DNA of 64,000 bases. Origin: Lama glama. Its lineage: Eukaryota. Where the stretch lies: the NCBI GenBank assembly GCA_028534125.1, contig CM052818.1, forward strand, positions 38,628,001 through 38,692,000. Reading direction: 5' to 3'. The notes beneath the pieces were generated by a model. The model ran no database searches. It saw only the letters and a program-made list of their open reading frames with translations, and was not told where the DNA came from. This document shows, one piece after another, positions 63,883-64,000 of the stretch (positions are counted from its first letter, which is position 1; each line of letters opens with the position of its first letter). The translations under genes were made by a program, and so were the position numbers.

Positions 63883-64000
63883 TTTTTTTTTTAACGTTTT
63901 TTATTGATTTATAATCATTTTACAATGTTGTGTCAAATTCCAGTGTTTAGCACAATTTTTCAGTCATTCATGGACATATACACATTCATTGTCACATTTT
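63883..64000 (-). mobile_element. Young camelid-type L1 3' end, running off the window
   Basis: Poly-T then TTTTTATTGATTTATAATCATTTTACAATGTTGTGTCAAATTCCAGTG. Confidence 0.75.

Overview
Mammalian nuclear DNA, most likely a camelid. The L1 3' end at the right edge looks camelid-type, several cetartiodactyl-type L1 3'UTRs are present, and I saw no Alu, Bov-tA, PRE1 or CAN SINEs. Much of the window is decayed interspersed repeats (L1, L2, MIR, MaLR/ERVL/ERV1 LTRs, hAT-Charlie and Tigger DNA transposons). Most ORFs in the supplied track are chance ORFs or L1/transposase remnants. The main non-repeat signal is a spliced minus-strand gene in the AT-rich right part. Three exons (50057-49862, 43723-43481, 27569-27278) join in frame to a stop followed by AATAAA, and there are further candidate exons at about 55.8-56.0, 58.6 and 62.5 kb. 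I do not recognise the protein. The GC-richer left part has a minus-strand promoter-like region (CCAAT box, GC box and splice donor at about 7.9-8.1 kb) and a dense CACGTG E-box cluster at 9.8 kb. There are no prokaryote-type systems (CRISPR, operons), rRNA or tRNA. Repeat family names come from recalled consensus motifs, not a database search, and repeat boundaries are approximate.
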